Of a stretch of 64,000 bases of DNA, positions 37,743 to 50,464 are shown in pieces. Where the stretch lies: the NCBI RefSeq assembly GCF_009914755.1, contig NC_060928.1; one strand, written 5' to 3'. A program made the position numbers and the translations under genes. Position 1 is the stretch's first letter. Each line of letters starts with the position of its first letter. The notes under the pieces are model-generated. The model was not told the origin of the DNA. It searched no databases and was given only the letters and a program-made list of their open reading frames with translations. The DNA is from the human T2T-CHM13v2.0 reference genome, Homo sapiens.

Positions 37743-38950
37743 ATTTATTTATTTATTCAGAAATATTTCCAGAGTACCTTCTAAGTTATAGAATTACTGG
37801 GCAAATTGCCATAGCTACTTCTGTCATGGAGTTTCAAGTTGACAGATAAATAAGAGTTAATCTACTTACCAAATAAGGAAATGGAACTGACTCATAATTC
37901 AAGTATCAGCAAAATCTCTCCCTAGAGGAGATCCTTCCCCTCAATAGTCATTACCACACTATCCTATTATAGTTTCATCATAGCACTTATTTGTTTGTTG
38001 AGTTGCTTTTTGGTTTATTTTTTGCATGTGTTCCACTAGGACAGAAGCCCCTAAGATCAAGGATCTTATCTAATTGACTATTGCTCCCCAGTGCCTGGAA
38101 TCATGCCTACTTATCCCATCATTTAATTATTCATTAAATGTTTGTTAAAAGAAGTGAAAGAAGGACTCCTGAGAAGTACAGAGTACTAGGAGAAAGTATT
38201 TTACCTGATATGAGAAATCACAGATATTTGAGGGAGTAAGATTTGTACTGCAAATCTGAAGAATGAATGAGGTTCTAAAGGAGTATGTGTGTGGACACAT
38301 GTGCACCTATATGTTGGGAAAGGGGGCAGCAACAAGCTTCAGGTAGAAGAGGAAGTGTGTGCCAAGGCCTGTGGTCGGGCAGAGCATGCCAAATAGGAAA
38401 AAAGGAGAAAAGACCAGCCCAAAGAGCCAGTGCAGTTCAGTGCAACACTTGGCGGAGAAGCAGGCCAGGCTAGAGGCTTGTAGGAAATTCGACTTTATCT
38501 GAAAAGTAATGAGGAACCATTGAAATATTTTAATCAGGAAAGAAGTTTGAGTTTTGATGTTTGAGTTTTCAGCAAGACATATTTTCAATGTGAAGAGAAG
38601 AGAGAAATGGGTCAACCGGATAGAGACATCCCACTTTGGAGTCTCTGCAACAGTCCAGAAATGAAGCCAAAGGAACTTTGCTAACCTTTGATTATGGTGA
38701 TAAGAAAAGTTGTTGAAATCACGAGCTCTTTAGAAGGTAAAACTACTCAGAGTCTATAATAGAGGTGGAACAAAGAGCAGAGGAAATAGGGGTGGAAGGG
38801 ATGACTATTAGGTTTCTGGCCTGTGCAATAGAATGGGCGGTGGTACCATCTCTGATGGGGAACATGGCAGAGCAGGTATGGAGGGACATGCATGCCTGCC
38901 TTTCCTGTATATGTGATATCTCATTGATACTGAAAGGTTCCGTAGAGTAC
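37743..38950 (-). mobile_element. L2, interrupted by an opposite-strand L2
   Basis: atttattcagaaatatttccagagtacct 3' end; later ttcgactttatctgaaaagtaatgaggaaccattgaaatattttaatcagg and ggatgacta.taggtttctggcctgtgcaatagaatgggcggtggtacc. Confidence 0.7.
37900..38160 (+). mobile_element. L2 3' end nested in the opposite-strand L2
   Basis: ttcatcatagcacttat...ccactagga.agaagcccctaagatcaaggatcttatct...ccccagtgcctggaatcatgcct...ttcattaaatgtttgttaaa. Confidence 0.75.
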
Positions 38951-40609
38951 AGATTTTATTTATGTGTACCAAAGCCTGAGAATTTTCAGAAAGGATAAGG
39001 GCATAGCCTAACAACAGAGCTGAGGTACCCTGATTTCAATACTCTGCATGTGAACCATAATATTGTTTAAATAATTATATTTCAAACTAGTAAAAGATTA
39101 CATCCGTATGACCACAAATCTTGAAGTAATTTTTGAACATTTTTACATTATTAAATTCCTATATGGATCTCAATTTCTAGATTGTGTTTACAACTATATT
39201 AATTCTAAAGATAAAAAGATATATGCCTTCACAAGGTTTTCTTTTCATTTTAGAATCAAGCATATTCTGAAAAGTATAATTAACTATTTTCATTTTAATA
39301 CATCTATCTGAACATTTCCAGGAATTTCAAAGAATAAAGGAAAACTAGAAATAGGTAAATATTGGAATAAGAACATCCGGTACCTAAAATGTGAAAGAAG
39401 AATGGGATCTCATTATACAATATAAAAAGGATTACAAAACCCACAGCACAAAGGAGGTCTGTTTCTTTTCTTTTGATGTGTCTGTGTAGTGAAACTGCAA
39501 TTAGTGGTAATAGGAGTTGCATGTGTAACTCAAAGGAGCTTGATGCAAGATTGCAGCAGGGTACAAAATGGTACAAGCAAAATCTCATTCTCATTACCAA
39601 CATATAATTTTATTGTCTCGTTTAGATAACATAATTTTTCTGTTATCAGAATTGTCCAACCCATTACATCACAAATGCAATTATAAATTCATTATAAATC
39701 ACCTAAGCTGATAAAAAATCAAATGTAGCAAATTAATATGAAGTCAAGGAGAGAGAAAGTAAATGGTGGTCAAGTTGTATATGAAATTTACCTTTGTGGT
39801 TACAAAGAAGACATGCTTACACTTAAATACTCTGTTCTGATACAGAAACATCTTTTTTAAAATTGGGTTTTTGTTTTAAAATGCTGTTTTTTCTTGGGCA
39901 ACAGACAATCCTTTCAATTTTGCAATCTGGCATTCCCTTCTTCCTATAATTTCTGCAGTGTTTTTCTAGAAATATCCTGCTTTGGACACTGTTGGTTTTG
40001 TTTCTTTCTGTATAGAACTTGCTTGTAAGTTAACATCCATTACACACATCAAACATGTGTAACCATTTAATTGGTATGGATATCATACGTGTATATAACA
40101 CAAGTCTAAAAAACCAGATGGTCTTCTATGTTGAGTATTAACATATACATCATATCACAGTACACAAAAAAGGCTTTTTACTTAGCAAATTTGTTACATA
40201 TATCATAGTATTTACGCTATTTATCTTCCTTAAAATGTATTTGACTAATTTTTAAGTTAAATTAATTGATTCAGGCAGTTTCCATTCTCTTCTGCATTTT
40301 AATGCATATTCTTCTGTCACAGAAAAAAATACATTTTCACCCTCTAAAGGATTTTTATGTTCATTATATAATACATAATAAACCTATATTAATAATTTTG
40401 CCGAGAATATCATGGTGAAATATACATTAGCTTGAACATTGCATCTCTTTTTTTCCCTCTAATTTATTTAAGTTACTTGCTTAAATATAGAAAATGGTGT
40501 CACAGATTTACTCACACTACATTTAAATCTAAAGCAAAAATATAGTCTGCTTATTTTTGTCTACTACCAGTCTGAACTTGAAACCTGAACTTTCTGTGTT
40601 GTTGCAGCA

Positions 40610-40634
40610 GGGGTGGGCCGGGTTGGGGGCGGGG
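40610..40634 (+). promoter_or_regulatory. G-quadruplex motif with GC-box/KLF sites
   Basis: GGGGTGGGCCGGGTTGGGGGCGGGG: five G>=3 runs with 1-2 nt loops; contains GGGTGGG and GGGGCGGGG. Confidence 0.55.
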
Positions 40635-41121
40635 AGATTGCCCAAATTCATTTTAAACATAATTTGAGCAAACACGTAATAGTGTTTAATGCAGGGTTTA
40701 ATCTCTTTAGATAACAATTCTCTGACTTTCAGACTAAACTAACCTTCTCTCCTTTCTAAGATAGCACTTAACTTAAAAAGAAAAGTCACCCTAGGATCTG
40801 CCATGGGTTTTGGGACCTACTCTGCTCTGCCCCTGCTGACCTGATGGTTGTGTAACCCGGTCTGGAAGTCCTTGGGCTTTGATCGCGATTGCTTCCCATC
40901 CTCTTTTGAGACTTCATTTTGAAAGAGAAGCCAGCTAAAATTCTTGCCTTTTTGCTGGGTGGGGAGACGGAGTGTGGAAAGAGTAGGTCCTGAAGGTAGA
41001 AAATGCCTAATGACTGAGAGATACAATAGATGGAAACTCCACCAAAACTTTCTCTGCTGAATCCCTGTAAGTCCACATCCATTTGCACCTGGCTTTTTTC
41101 TTGCCTGTTAACACAATGCAG

Positions 41122-41307
41122 CAGTGGTCTGCTAACTTTAGTATAGGTGAGAATCACCTGGAAGGCTTGTTAAACCTTAGATTGCTGGGTCCTACCGGAG
41201 AATTTCTGGTTTAGCAAGTCTTGAATGGAGCTTGATAATTTGCAAAGCTAATAATTCTCAAGTGAGGCTGAACCGCTGGTGCGGTAACCTTTCATTTAGA
41301 AGCGCTG
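41122..41307 (-). mobile_element. MER5A hAT MITE
   Basis: cagtggt...agaatcacctggaaggcttgttaaac...gattgctggg...ttctcaagtgaggctga..gctggt...tttagaagcgctg. Confidence 0.8.
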
Positions 41308-41469
41308 CAGTGAAGCAGTATAACTTTGTATCAAAGATTTGCTACATTTCATTCTTTTCTGTCTTCTTAAAGATCTTGCTTCATTAACTTTTCCTTCTGT
41401 TTCTCTATTCTTCAGTCTCTTTCTCTCTAGGGAATCCTTTGAATCAGGATACAGGCATGGCCTACTCTA

Positions 41470-41740
41470 CTTTTACAAAAGCAAAACACAATAAAATTCA
41501 TACACAACTACAAATAGCTTTCTTGGATCCAAGCTGCATCTCTAGCTACCATATAATCTCTACAAAGCCATGCTTCTTGGAGGAGATTTTTACTCATGCT
41601 TTAGCTATTTCATTACCTATTCTTTGTTCTAGCTTTCTGCAATTCAGGTTTTGCTTTTACTACTTCTACCACTACACCATAACTCCTGGTCTGGTTAATG
41701 TAAAAAACCTTATGCTTTTATGGCATTATTTTAGTTTTTC
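41470..41740 (+). mobile_element. L2 internal fragment
   Basis: ctctagctacc...acaaagcc..cttcttggaggag..ttttactcatg...ctgcaattcaggtttt...ccactacacc. Confidence 0.5.
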
Positions 41741-41796
41741 TTAGCTAGGACCAAATTACAACTTATGAGAAAATGAAAATTTGAGGGAATTTTAAT

Positions 41797-42020
41797 AACT
41801 TGTGGATTCAGGTTCATAGTAGTTCTGCCAGTTATAAGTTGGGTAATTACAGGCAAAGTTTGAATCCCTCTGAGGCTCAGTATTTGCAAATGTTAATGGT
41901 ATCTGTCTTGTAAGGTTATTTTGAGGATAGGCTATGTATATCTTGCAAGATTAGTTCTAGGCTATTGTGCATATAATGCATAGAATAGTGTTTGCAATGT
42001 AAACAGTAGATAATAGTAGT
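41797..42020 (+). mobile_element. MIR
   Basis: gttctgccagttataagttgggtaatt.caggcaa..ttgaatccctctgaggctcagt...taaggttattttgaggata. Confidence 0.65.
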
Positions 42021-42261
42021 AGAAATAAAGTAATTTTGAAATTTAAAACAGAAAAATGAGATTATTTTGAGTCTGTGTTTTGTCACCATCAGAATACAAG
42101 TGGGTGCTAGTATCAATTTTCTAGGTGGAGTGCTTCAATTATACATAAATTCTAATGCTCCAAAAGAATGATCTCCATGAATTAAATGATTTGTTGAAAA
42201 GGTATCTTATCATCCAACATCTTACAGACAGGCTTTGCTGGCTCTTGAAAGACTAGATATG

Positions 42262-42562
42262 GGCCAAGTGCCGTGGCTCACGCCTGTAATCCCAGCACTT
42301 TGGGAGGCAGAGGCAGTCGGATCACCTGAGGTCAGGAGTTCGAGACCAGCCTGGCCAACATGGCGAAACCCCATCTCTATTAAAAATACAAAAATTAGCC
42401 TTGCGTAGTAGTGCCTATAGTCCCAGCTACTTAGGAGGCTGAGGCGGGAGAATCCCTTGAACCCAGGAGGCGGAGATTGCAGTGAGCTGAGATTGCACCA
42501 CTGCGAGCCAGCCTGGGCAGCAAGAGTGAAACTCCATCTCAAAAAAAAAAAAAAAAAGGAAA
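42262..42562 (+). mobile_element. AluSq-like, full length
   Basis: cctggccaacatggcgaaacc and gggcagcaagagtgaaactcc; TSD gaaag(a/g)ctagatatg at 42247-42261 and 42563-42577. Confidence 0.93.
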
Positions 42563-42619
42563 GAAAGGCTAGATATGTAGAACTATCTAATTAACCAAGA
42601 GTTGCTTAAAGGGATATAC

Positions 42620-44230
42620 TGGGGCTAAACATATTTCTCCCTATAATCCCTTGCTAACCACAGCCCTAAAGTCTTCTGATGATTAACATCAGGCCTCCTT
42701 TGCTGAACTGGTGAGCCTGACAGAGAACTGGCTTATGTTGGACAGTTCTGGCCACATGCTCACTTAAAGACCCATGGTCAGGCACTCCATCTTCACCAGA
42801 ACCCTAAAACACACCCAGAGCTGTTTTTCAAAAGGTGAAGCATTTTCCTCTGCAGACAGCTTCAGAATCATAGAGGACTATGTTGATGACCTTATTGGGC
42901 TTGTCATGAACCTTACACATCATCTTTTCTCACCGAAGATACCTCTAATATCACAGGGTCTACTGGGTCATGTGTCCTAAGTGGCCAAGGTCCTTGCCCT
43001 CTCTAGCCTGGATCTGCTGCTGGATTCTTCTCATGCTCCATGCTCTAATCATAGTTGACAGCTTTTCATGCCACCCAGTACAGAGGCCAGAGTAATATTC
43101 CTGGGTTTTGGCATATGCTGCCTGCAAAACCTAAGGGATCTTATCAGGTGATGTGCTTTCTTCTTTGTAGTGGGAGACGTGAGGTGCAATAATTTTTCTT
43201 TTTCTTTGGTGTTGGCCCAGCATTCCTTAAACCACATGACCTTTAAAAATGTTAGGGATGTGGCAGGCCCCTGAAAATATTTTTGGTTTATTCCCTACCC
43301 TTTGGAGCACATCTGTCTTACTAGAGCCTCCAATATACTTGTCATTTCTTATTTATTTGGTTCGATTAGCATGATGTCAGCAGTGTAACGTGCCAGCAGG
43401 ATGTTCTTCAGGATGTGCGGCCAGTCCAGATTTCTTTGATAGAGAGAGAAAAACTGTTAACCTAGTGCTGGGCAAGACTGCAAATGTATGCTATCGTCAC
43501 TTCCAAGGAAATGTTAATTGTTTCTGTTCTTCTTTTCTGAAGAGTTAAAAGCACACACACATTTTTCAGATCAAAGGCCTCATACCATGAACCTGAGGAT
43601 GTGTTTATCTGTGCTCGCAGAAACAGCCCATCTAGAACAGCAAAGGCAAGTAGGCAATGGGGGCTATAATTTGACTGAGTCAGTAGCTGATTGTTGTCAT
43701 CCAGAAGCCACCTGCTTTTGTAGGGGTTCCTGGATGATGACAGGAAATGTTATTTACATAGACATAGGGCAGAGACTACCAGCACTGCCTCCTTTAGGAC
43801 AATAATTTCTGCCATTCCTTAAGCAATACAATGTTGTTTTTGATGTGCAGTCTTGACGGGGAGAACACTTTAGAGGTTCTGCTTAACTTAAACAGAGTTC
43901 AGTGCTAATGTGCCCACTCCCTAAGAATATACTTGAAATGGGACCATTAGCACTGAACAGGGTACATGAACAGAGTAGACCACTGTAAGCTAGACCGTGG
44001 CCAAGTGGGACCATTAGCACTGAACAGGATTCATGAACAGAGTGGACCATTGTAAGCCAGACTTTGGCCAAGACTTCATTTGATACTTGACCCTATATTT
44101 GCCCTCCTGCAACAGAGGGCTCTTGATGGCACTTTAGTTCCCTAGAGTTCAATGTCAACAAGGACATTGTGTCCAGTGACCTAGAAATGTTTAGGTATTC
44201 TCTTTTCTTCAATGAATAGTTACTCTGAGA
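42620..44230 (-). mobile_element. ERVL-class internal remnant (protease, RT, connection; HERV16/ERV3-16A3-like), frameshifted
   Basis: Minus-strand peptides resemble ERVL pol: GQVSNEVLAKVWLT (protease), QINTSSGSWYEAFDL, ARYTADIMLI (YIDD motif decayed, 43376-43387), KEKLLHLTSPTTKKKAHHLIRSLRFCRQHMP (ORF 43049-43237). Confidence 0.88.
43939..44072. repeat. 67-bp tandem duplication in the ERVL protease region
   Basis: tgggaccattagcactgaacagg...ggccaag twice (43939-44005, 44006-44072), 7 mismatches. Confidence 0.92.
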
Positions 44231-44234
44231 GGGA

Positions 44235-44620
44235 AGTGAGCATTAAAGAAGTTCAGTAGGGAGTGCTAGACTCAATATCTGTGGAAGGCAGATAGTGAAA
44301 CAAGATTGAACAGAGGGAGAAGCTGGGCTACAGTGCAGTTTCAACGAAGACCTCAGGGGACCCTATGTGGAGCTCTAAATGTTACTCTCTCAAGTTGTCC
44401 CACGTCATGGCGAGGAGACAGGCTTTTCTATTCCCTCTTTCACTGCTTATTGGATGGAAGCTGTCCTTGGAGAGGGAGTCTGACCACGGGCAAGATAGCT
44501 CTCCACCCGAAGGCAATTTTCTGACAGGGCTGAGAACTGAGGGTTGTCAGCCCCTAACATTCCAGCAGCTGCTGAAGATTTTCTGTTCTAAAGATGAATC
44601 TGTGTGTCACAGCCCAATAC
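44235..44620 (-). mobile_element. LTR16-family (ERVL) LTR
   Basis: gggagtgct...ctgtggaagg...agattgaacagagggagaagctgggct..agtgcag...ggagctct...agttgtccc...attggatg...aggcaatt...gctgagaactgagggttgtcag...ccagcagctg. Confidence 0.75.
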
Positions 44621-44764
44621 CCTTGAATCGTCAATATCTAATGTGGGGAAATGTTGGTGCTAGAAATATACCAGGCTCTCAAAATCACAAAACAAGAATA
44701 AATATAAAACTGCCTTCAAACACCGTCTTTAAACAGATTGCTACCTTTGATTGTTCTAATAATA

Positions 44765-45325
44765 TTTTTCTTTTACATTTGAAATTGTGGTTAAAATATA
44801 CATAACATAAGCCTTACTCTTTTAACCATTTTTAAGTGTATAATTCAGTGGCATTAAGTACATTCACAATGTGGTGTAACCATCACCACTCTCCATTTCC
44901 AGAACTTTTGCATCATCCCAAACAGAATCTTTGTATCCATTAAACAATAACTCCCTATTCCCTCTTCTCTCTCAGTCCCTAGAAACTATCATTTTACTTT
45001 CAGTCTCTCTGATTTTGCCTATTCTAGGTATCTCATGTAAGTGGAATCGTACAGTGTTTGTTCTTTTGTGTCTCAATTATGTCACATAGCACACAGTTTT
45101 CAAGGTTGCAGCACGTATCGGAATTTAGGCTGAATAATATTCTATTGTTTCTGTATACCACTTTCCAATTGTTACCACATTCAGCTGTTGATTCACATTT
45201 GAGTTATTTCTATCTTTTGGATATTATAAATAATGCTTCTATAAACATTGGTGTACAATATATGTTTGGGTCACTGTTTTCAATTCTTTGGGGCATAGAG
45301 TAAGAAGTAAAATTGCTGGAATAAT
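44765..45325 (-). mobile_element. L1MB 3' end
   Basis: ttgtggttaaaatatacataacataa...ttaaccatttttaagtgtataattcagtggcattaagtacattcacaatg..gtgtaaccatcaccact...ttgcctattctaggtatctcatgtaagtggaatc. Confidence 0.9.
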
Positions 45326-45544
45326 AACTGTATTTTAAATTATAGCAATACGTAATATTTTATTCTGATGTTCACTATTGGGAGTATAATTCTTATTGTA
45401 TACATAATTATATTCATTTAATAAATTTGCTTGTATTTATGAATATGTGACATTCTGCTAAGCATTTTATATTCAATATGTCTTAGATAATTACTGAGAG
45501 ACAGTAAGTACAAATTAAATGGTAGTAATTGATATTTACTATGA

Positions 45545-45735
45545 TTGCCTCATCGAATACCTATAGTAACCCCTGAAGAAAAGATGTAAATATTTTTATA
45601 CTAAGTCTATTAAATGGAAAAACTGAGGCTTAGAGAAGTTATAATTTGCCTAAGATCACACAGATCAATTGCAGAGTCAGGCTTAGCCACTAGAACTGTT
45701 TACCTCAAAGACTGTGCTCTGAAAAATTACTCTGT
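45545..45735 (-). mobile_element. MIR
   Basis: aaatggaaaaactgaggcttagagaagttataatttgcctaagatcacacag...gcagagtcagg...ctcaaagactgtgctct. Confidence 0.8.
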
Positions 45736-45842
45736 CTTATACTTAGAGAACTATTAGATCTTTGGCCATATGTTTAGAGACCCATATATACCTTTTAAAA
45801 TTTAAATTGCTTTAAAGTGTATAATTCCCAAGGGAGAATTTC

Positions 45843-45871
45843 GTGTGTATGTGTGTGTGTGGGGGGGGGGG
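45843..45871. repeat. (GT)n followed by G11
   Basis: gtgtgtatgtgtgtgtgtggggggggggg. Confidence 0.9.
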
Positions 45872-47039
45872 CTTATGGTTTTTTTATTTGTTTGCTTGCT
45901 TGTTTGTTTTTGCAGCATATTCATATGTCTAATAAAAATATCAAATAAATAAATTTAGTATAAGCATTTGAAACTCACAATAGTGGCTTTTTTTTTCCTG
46001 TTTGTCCTCTAATTCCATGAGGAGACATGAAATACTGGGCTGGCCTAGTATATGCATAGTTTTTCATTTACATGTATGCAAACTGGAAGCAAATCGATCT
46101 TCTACTCCAGATTTTTTTTCAGATTTTTTTCTCAATAGACAATATAATGTTTTAGAGTTTTTAGGCCATTTCCACAAAATATTATTTTCTTTAGAACAAG
46201 TAGAAAGTTATTTGAAAATATTTTTTTTCAGAAACAGAAAGCATATTTGTCAGATAACCAATTCTGTTTATACATTGGAAATTTTATTTTAAATCAAAAT
46301 AAATAAAATCTAGCTTTGCTTTAGCACAATTATTTAGTTAACGCATTTGTCCATAATTATTTTAGGGTAAAAAATATATCACATAGTTAATAAAATAAAT
46401 GTTTGGTTTGTTGTTGTTTTGTAGCTTGATGACAATTTATAGACAAATTACCATACACAAAAAGTCAACTTAACAAGACAATCTTTTAAAAAAAATTTGT
46501 CTATACCACAATAGCTAAAAATTACATTGAGAAAAATGTACAAAATATTCAAATCATAGTTACCTTTCATTAGTAGTTTTTATATTTTTATAAGAGATGT
46601 TCTTTCAAGTGGCATAGATATCTGAATAAATCAAGTTAAATCAAGGGAAAAACTTTCTAGGTCAAATTGCTTGCATATTATATTAAATTTGAGGTGTAAC
46701 CTTTGGTCAGGATACTACTTTTTGCTATCAGTTCCTTACAAAATTTTCTTGTTACATTATTTATTCTTTTTTTTAAAGCCATCGTATTTCTATCTGACTA
46801 TGGTTTGGCTGTATGAAAACTGGGATACCAATAGTTAAGATATCATTGAGATCCTCTAAAAATTTATCAGAGTCTTTAAGCTATAAGTTATATACATCAT
46901 AATAACTTAATGGTATCATTAAGTATATAAAACCCAAACTGATACACTTAGCTTCTAATCAGACCTTCACGTGCAATTGAAAAGTAAACTTGGTTTACAT
47001 ACATGTCAATACTTCTCACTCCAGGTTGATTATTTAAAA

Positions 47040-47224
47040 CAGTATTTTCTAAACTGAGTTTTTTCAAACTTTTCTCCCCAGATGTTTGGTTAAAAAAGTT
47101 TGGGGAATCCCACACAATTATCTCCATCTGAGAATGGCAACATATATCAGTCTATAGATCACTCTGATCAGTCCTGTAGTAACTAAATTTGATTAATGTA
47201 TTTACTCAAAATTTTGAAACCCTG
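47040..47224. mobile_element. Old hAT-Charlie-type MITE relic
   Basis: cagtattttctaaact...gaaaccctg termini; aagtttggggaat...ctctgatcagtcctgtagtaa internal block. Confidence 0.45.
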
Positions 47225-47837
47225 ATTTAGAAATTATATATGCTGTAAGTGTTTAACCTCTGTGAAATCCAATCTAGCTGTTGACAATAAAACAGAAAGT
47301 AGAAAATGTCTTTGCATTTCATAACAATATATAGACATATTTTTGCCTGTATATATTGTCATCTGCAATAGATTTTAGTTTGAGGGAAATTAAGTTCCTG
47401 GCAAGATTTTTTTTAGTTGCTAGTGTTTCTCAATTAACTCCTTTGAGTTACTGTTATACGTCAAGTACATTAAACAAAGGACTTGGTGTGTAAAAATTTG
47501 TTGCAAGTTATTGAGTTCAGGATTAAATACACTGTACAATTCAGAAAACAATAGAATATTTGTACTAGGAAGGGAATTTAAGAAATTTTCTACATTATGT
47601 AAATTGAAGTATCAACTTTTATAATCTTAGAAAACAAAATTCAAACTAGGAATATTTTATGAACTTAGATAGCTGATTTAGTATCTAATATTTATTTTTA
47701 AGTGAACTTGGTTTATTCCTGCATTGCACTAATATAATGGAAGAGGCTTTATAGAAAAGAAGAGATTATATGAAATAATATCATGGTCAGATGAAGGAAA
47801 AATTTGATCAAAAAGTTGTTCAAGCAATGTGTTAAAA

Positions 47838-48488
47838 TTTTCTTTTTTTTAAAAAAATGTATTTTTATTTTAAGTTGTGGGGTACATGTGCAGGGTGTGC
47901 ATATTTGTTACATAGGTAAACGTGTGCCATGGTGGTTTGCTGTACCTATCAACCCATCACCTAGGTATTAAGCCCAGCATGGATTAACTATTTTTCCTAA
48001 TGCTCTCCCTCCCCAACCCCATTCCCTGACAGGCCCCATTGTGTGTTTTGCCCCTCCCTGTGTCCATGTGTTTTCATTGTTCAGCTCCCATTTATAAGTA
48101 AGAACATGTGATGTTTGGTTTTCCGTCCCTGTGTTAGTTTGCTAAGGATAATGGCTTCAAGCTCCATCCACGTCCCTGCAAAGGACACGATCTCATTCTT
48201 CTTTATGGCGGCATAGTACTCCATGGTGTATATGTACCACGTTTTCTTTATCCAGTCTATCATTGATGGGTGTTTGGATTGATTCCACGTCTTTGCTATT
48301 GTGAATAGTGCTGCAATGAACATATGCGTGCATGAATCTTTGTAATAGAATGATTTACATTCCTTCGGGTATATATGCAGTAATGGGATTGCTGACTCAA
48401 ATGGTATTTCTGGTTCTAGATCTTTGAGGAATTGCCACACCATCTTCCACAATGGTTGAACTAATTTACATTCCCACCAACAGTATAA
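47838..48488 (-). mobile_element. L1PA8-10-like 3' portion (ORF2 C-terminus plus 3' UTR)
   Basis: ORF 48081-48521 encodes CWWECKLVQPLWK..WQFLKDLEPEIPF..AIPLL.IYPKE.KSFYYKD.CTHMFIAALFTIAKTWNQ...MEYYAAIKKNE (L1 ORF2 C-terminus); 3' UTR gggtacatgtgcag...ccatggtggtttgctg. Confidence 0.95.
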
Positions 48489-49509
48489 CTTTCTACAAAA
48501 AAGAGGAGGTGCACTAAACATATAGATTTTTTTCCTATGTGATTTTTACATAAAAATATGTATGTCAGAAGAAGTAAGACATGATTGCATTTTTAAAATA
48601 AAGCTTTTTAAAATTTAAAAAGTAAGGCGTGATTTAATTGAATATAATGAGCATGTAACATCAGATATAATTTTTTAGGTACCTGGAATCCATTGATTGA
48701 ATGGCAAGAAAGTACCATACCTTCTTTACCTTATTGCCCGAGTACTAAACTTCATTAGGAAGGTGGCTTGCACCTCTTGGTACTTTTAGGACAAATAAAG
48801 ATCACCTAGTTACCTAGCAGTATCTTGAGAATCCTTTTAATGTCTACGCCAGTGATGGAGCCTACACATGCTTGACTTCTCTTGTGTAATTAATAATAAG
48901 ATGAAAATCAGAATTATTTTTATGTGGCTATTAGATGCCTTTTAGACAGTCACAACTTCCAGGTGCTATCACTGAAGTTCAGAGTTATAGATTCTTCTGA
49001 CCAATATCCTTCCACAACTTATCCTCTCTCCACTCCACTCTTAAAATAACCTGAGTTATTCAAGGTTGTTGGGACCTTTGTGGGGGTCTAATAAATAACA
49101 CCTTGCATGGAATCTGAAAAATTAGTAAAAAATTGGAAGGAAGATGGAGAAAAAGGTGTCCACTTAATTACTATATTTACTACTTTACACTAAGTTGGAA
49201 AATGTATCTAACACAAAAGCTAAGTGAGCACCTAATTGAACCCCAAATTTAAATAGACTTACTCCTTACTTACCAAGGAGAATTTGTGCTATCTGTGGGC
49301 ATCTGGATCCCAGAGGAAAAGAGGGATGAGCTGATTCGAGCAGAGCATGATCAATGTTCAATATGTTTTTCTCAGTTTAACCAATCACTTGAATCACACC
49401 TTTGCCCTTGGGGCAGAATGAATTCCATTTCCTTAATGTGGAAATACAAGTGAAAGGTATGGATAAAGTGTTCTCCCCTAACAATGTTATTTGGATGATA
49501 TTCAGAGAA

Positions 49510-49750
49510 GCAACTGTGAAGTCATTGAACATATATTGGATTCTTGAATCAAGAGACCTCATGAATGTTTGATTCTACCATTCAGATGTTTTACCTTCAA
49601 GGTGTCAAAACTATCCAAGTTCCAGTTTTCTCGTTTGTAAATTAATAATAATAATAAAAGTACCCAGCTTTGAGAGTTGTTTTAAGGGTTAAATTAAATA
49701 ATAAATGAGAGCAAGAACAAAACTGTGTTAAATATTAGTATTATGTTATT
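49510..49750 (+). mobile_element. MIR
   Basis: ttgaatcaagagacct...cagttttctcgtttgtaaa..aataataa..gtacc...agagttgttttaagggttaaattaaataat. Confidence 0.6.
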
Positions 49751-49759
49751 AAATGGTAT

Positions 49760-49930
49760 AGATCAACCAAACGTTATTGAGCACTGTGCTAAACACTGGA
49801 GATATGAAGATGAGTAAGACAAAGTCTCTGACCTTCAGTCTCATGTAAGAAATAAAAACACAAACAGATCATTTTAGGGAAAGAGGATAATGAGAAACAG
49901 CCTGAGTGCTTATGAGTGCACTGAAATCTC
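49760..49930 (-). mobile_element. L2 3' fragment
   Basis: ttattgagcactgtgctaaacactggagatatgaagatgagtaagacaaagtctctgacctt. Confidence 0.65.
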
Positions 49931-50464
49931 ATTCATTGAAAGCTCAAAGGAATTGTTAAGTTACTTCTAATTTTAGCATAAATCACATGAATGCATGGAA
50001 TAAATAGCACTCAGCTTTTTGTCCATGGCTGTCTTCCTATACTTACTTTCCCCATCTAACCTACATTTATATGAATATAAATTCTATAAAACCAAACAAT
50101 GTGCTATCTAGGTCATGTCATGTGGTGGTAACATTGGATTTATCAACATCAGGCTGTATATTGTGAAAAACTAGGGAGCCCGTCATGGGATCAGCAAGCT
50201 TATAGAATAGGATTGACAGCTAGGATGAAAGCCAAAGCCAAGAGATTGCTCCCAGTATAATAGGAGCTGCAAAAATGCAAAAGGCAGATTCTGTGCAGTA
50301 GTCCAGGGTCAAAATCAAATATGGTCTAAAAATGAGAAAAACAAATAGGAATATAGACTTTCATATCTGAGAGTTAATTCCTTGAACTGTGATAGTCCAA
50401 TCCATCCCACTTCCTAAAAGGAGATCTGTCTTATGCAAGCAGCTGAAAATACTGTTGAACCTTC

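Noticed and set aside
48081-48521. 146-aa ORF with clear protein similarity
   Set aside because: It is the C-terminus of L1 ORF2p in a ~650-bp 5'-truncated L1PA with no promoter, EN or RT; its start codon lies in flanking DNA.
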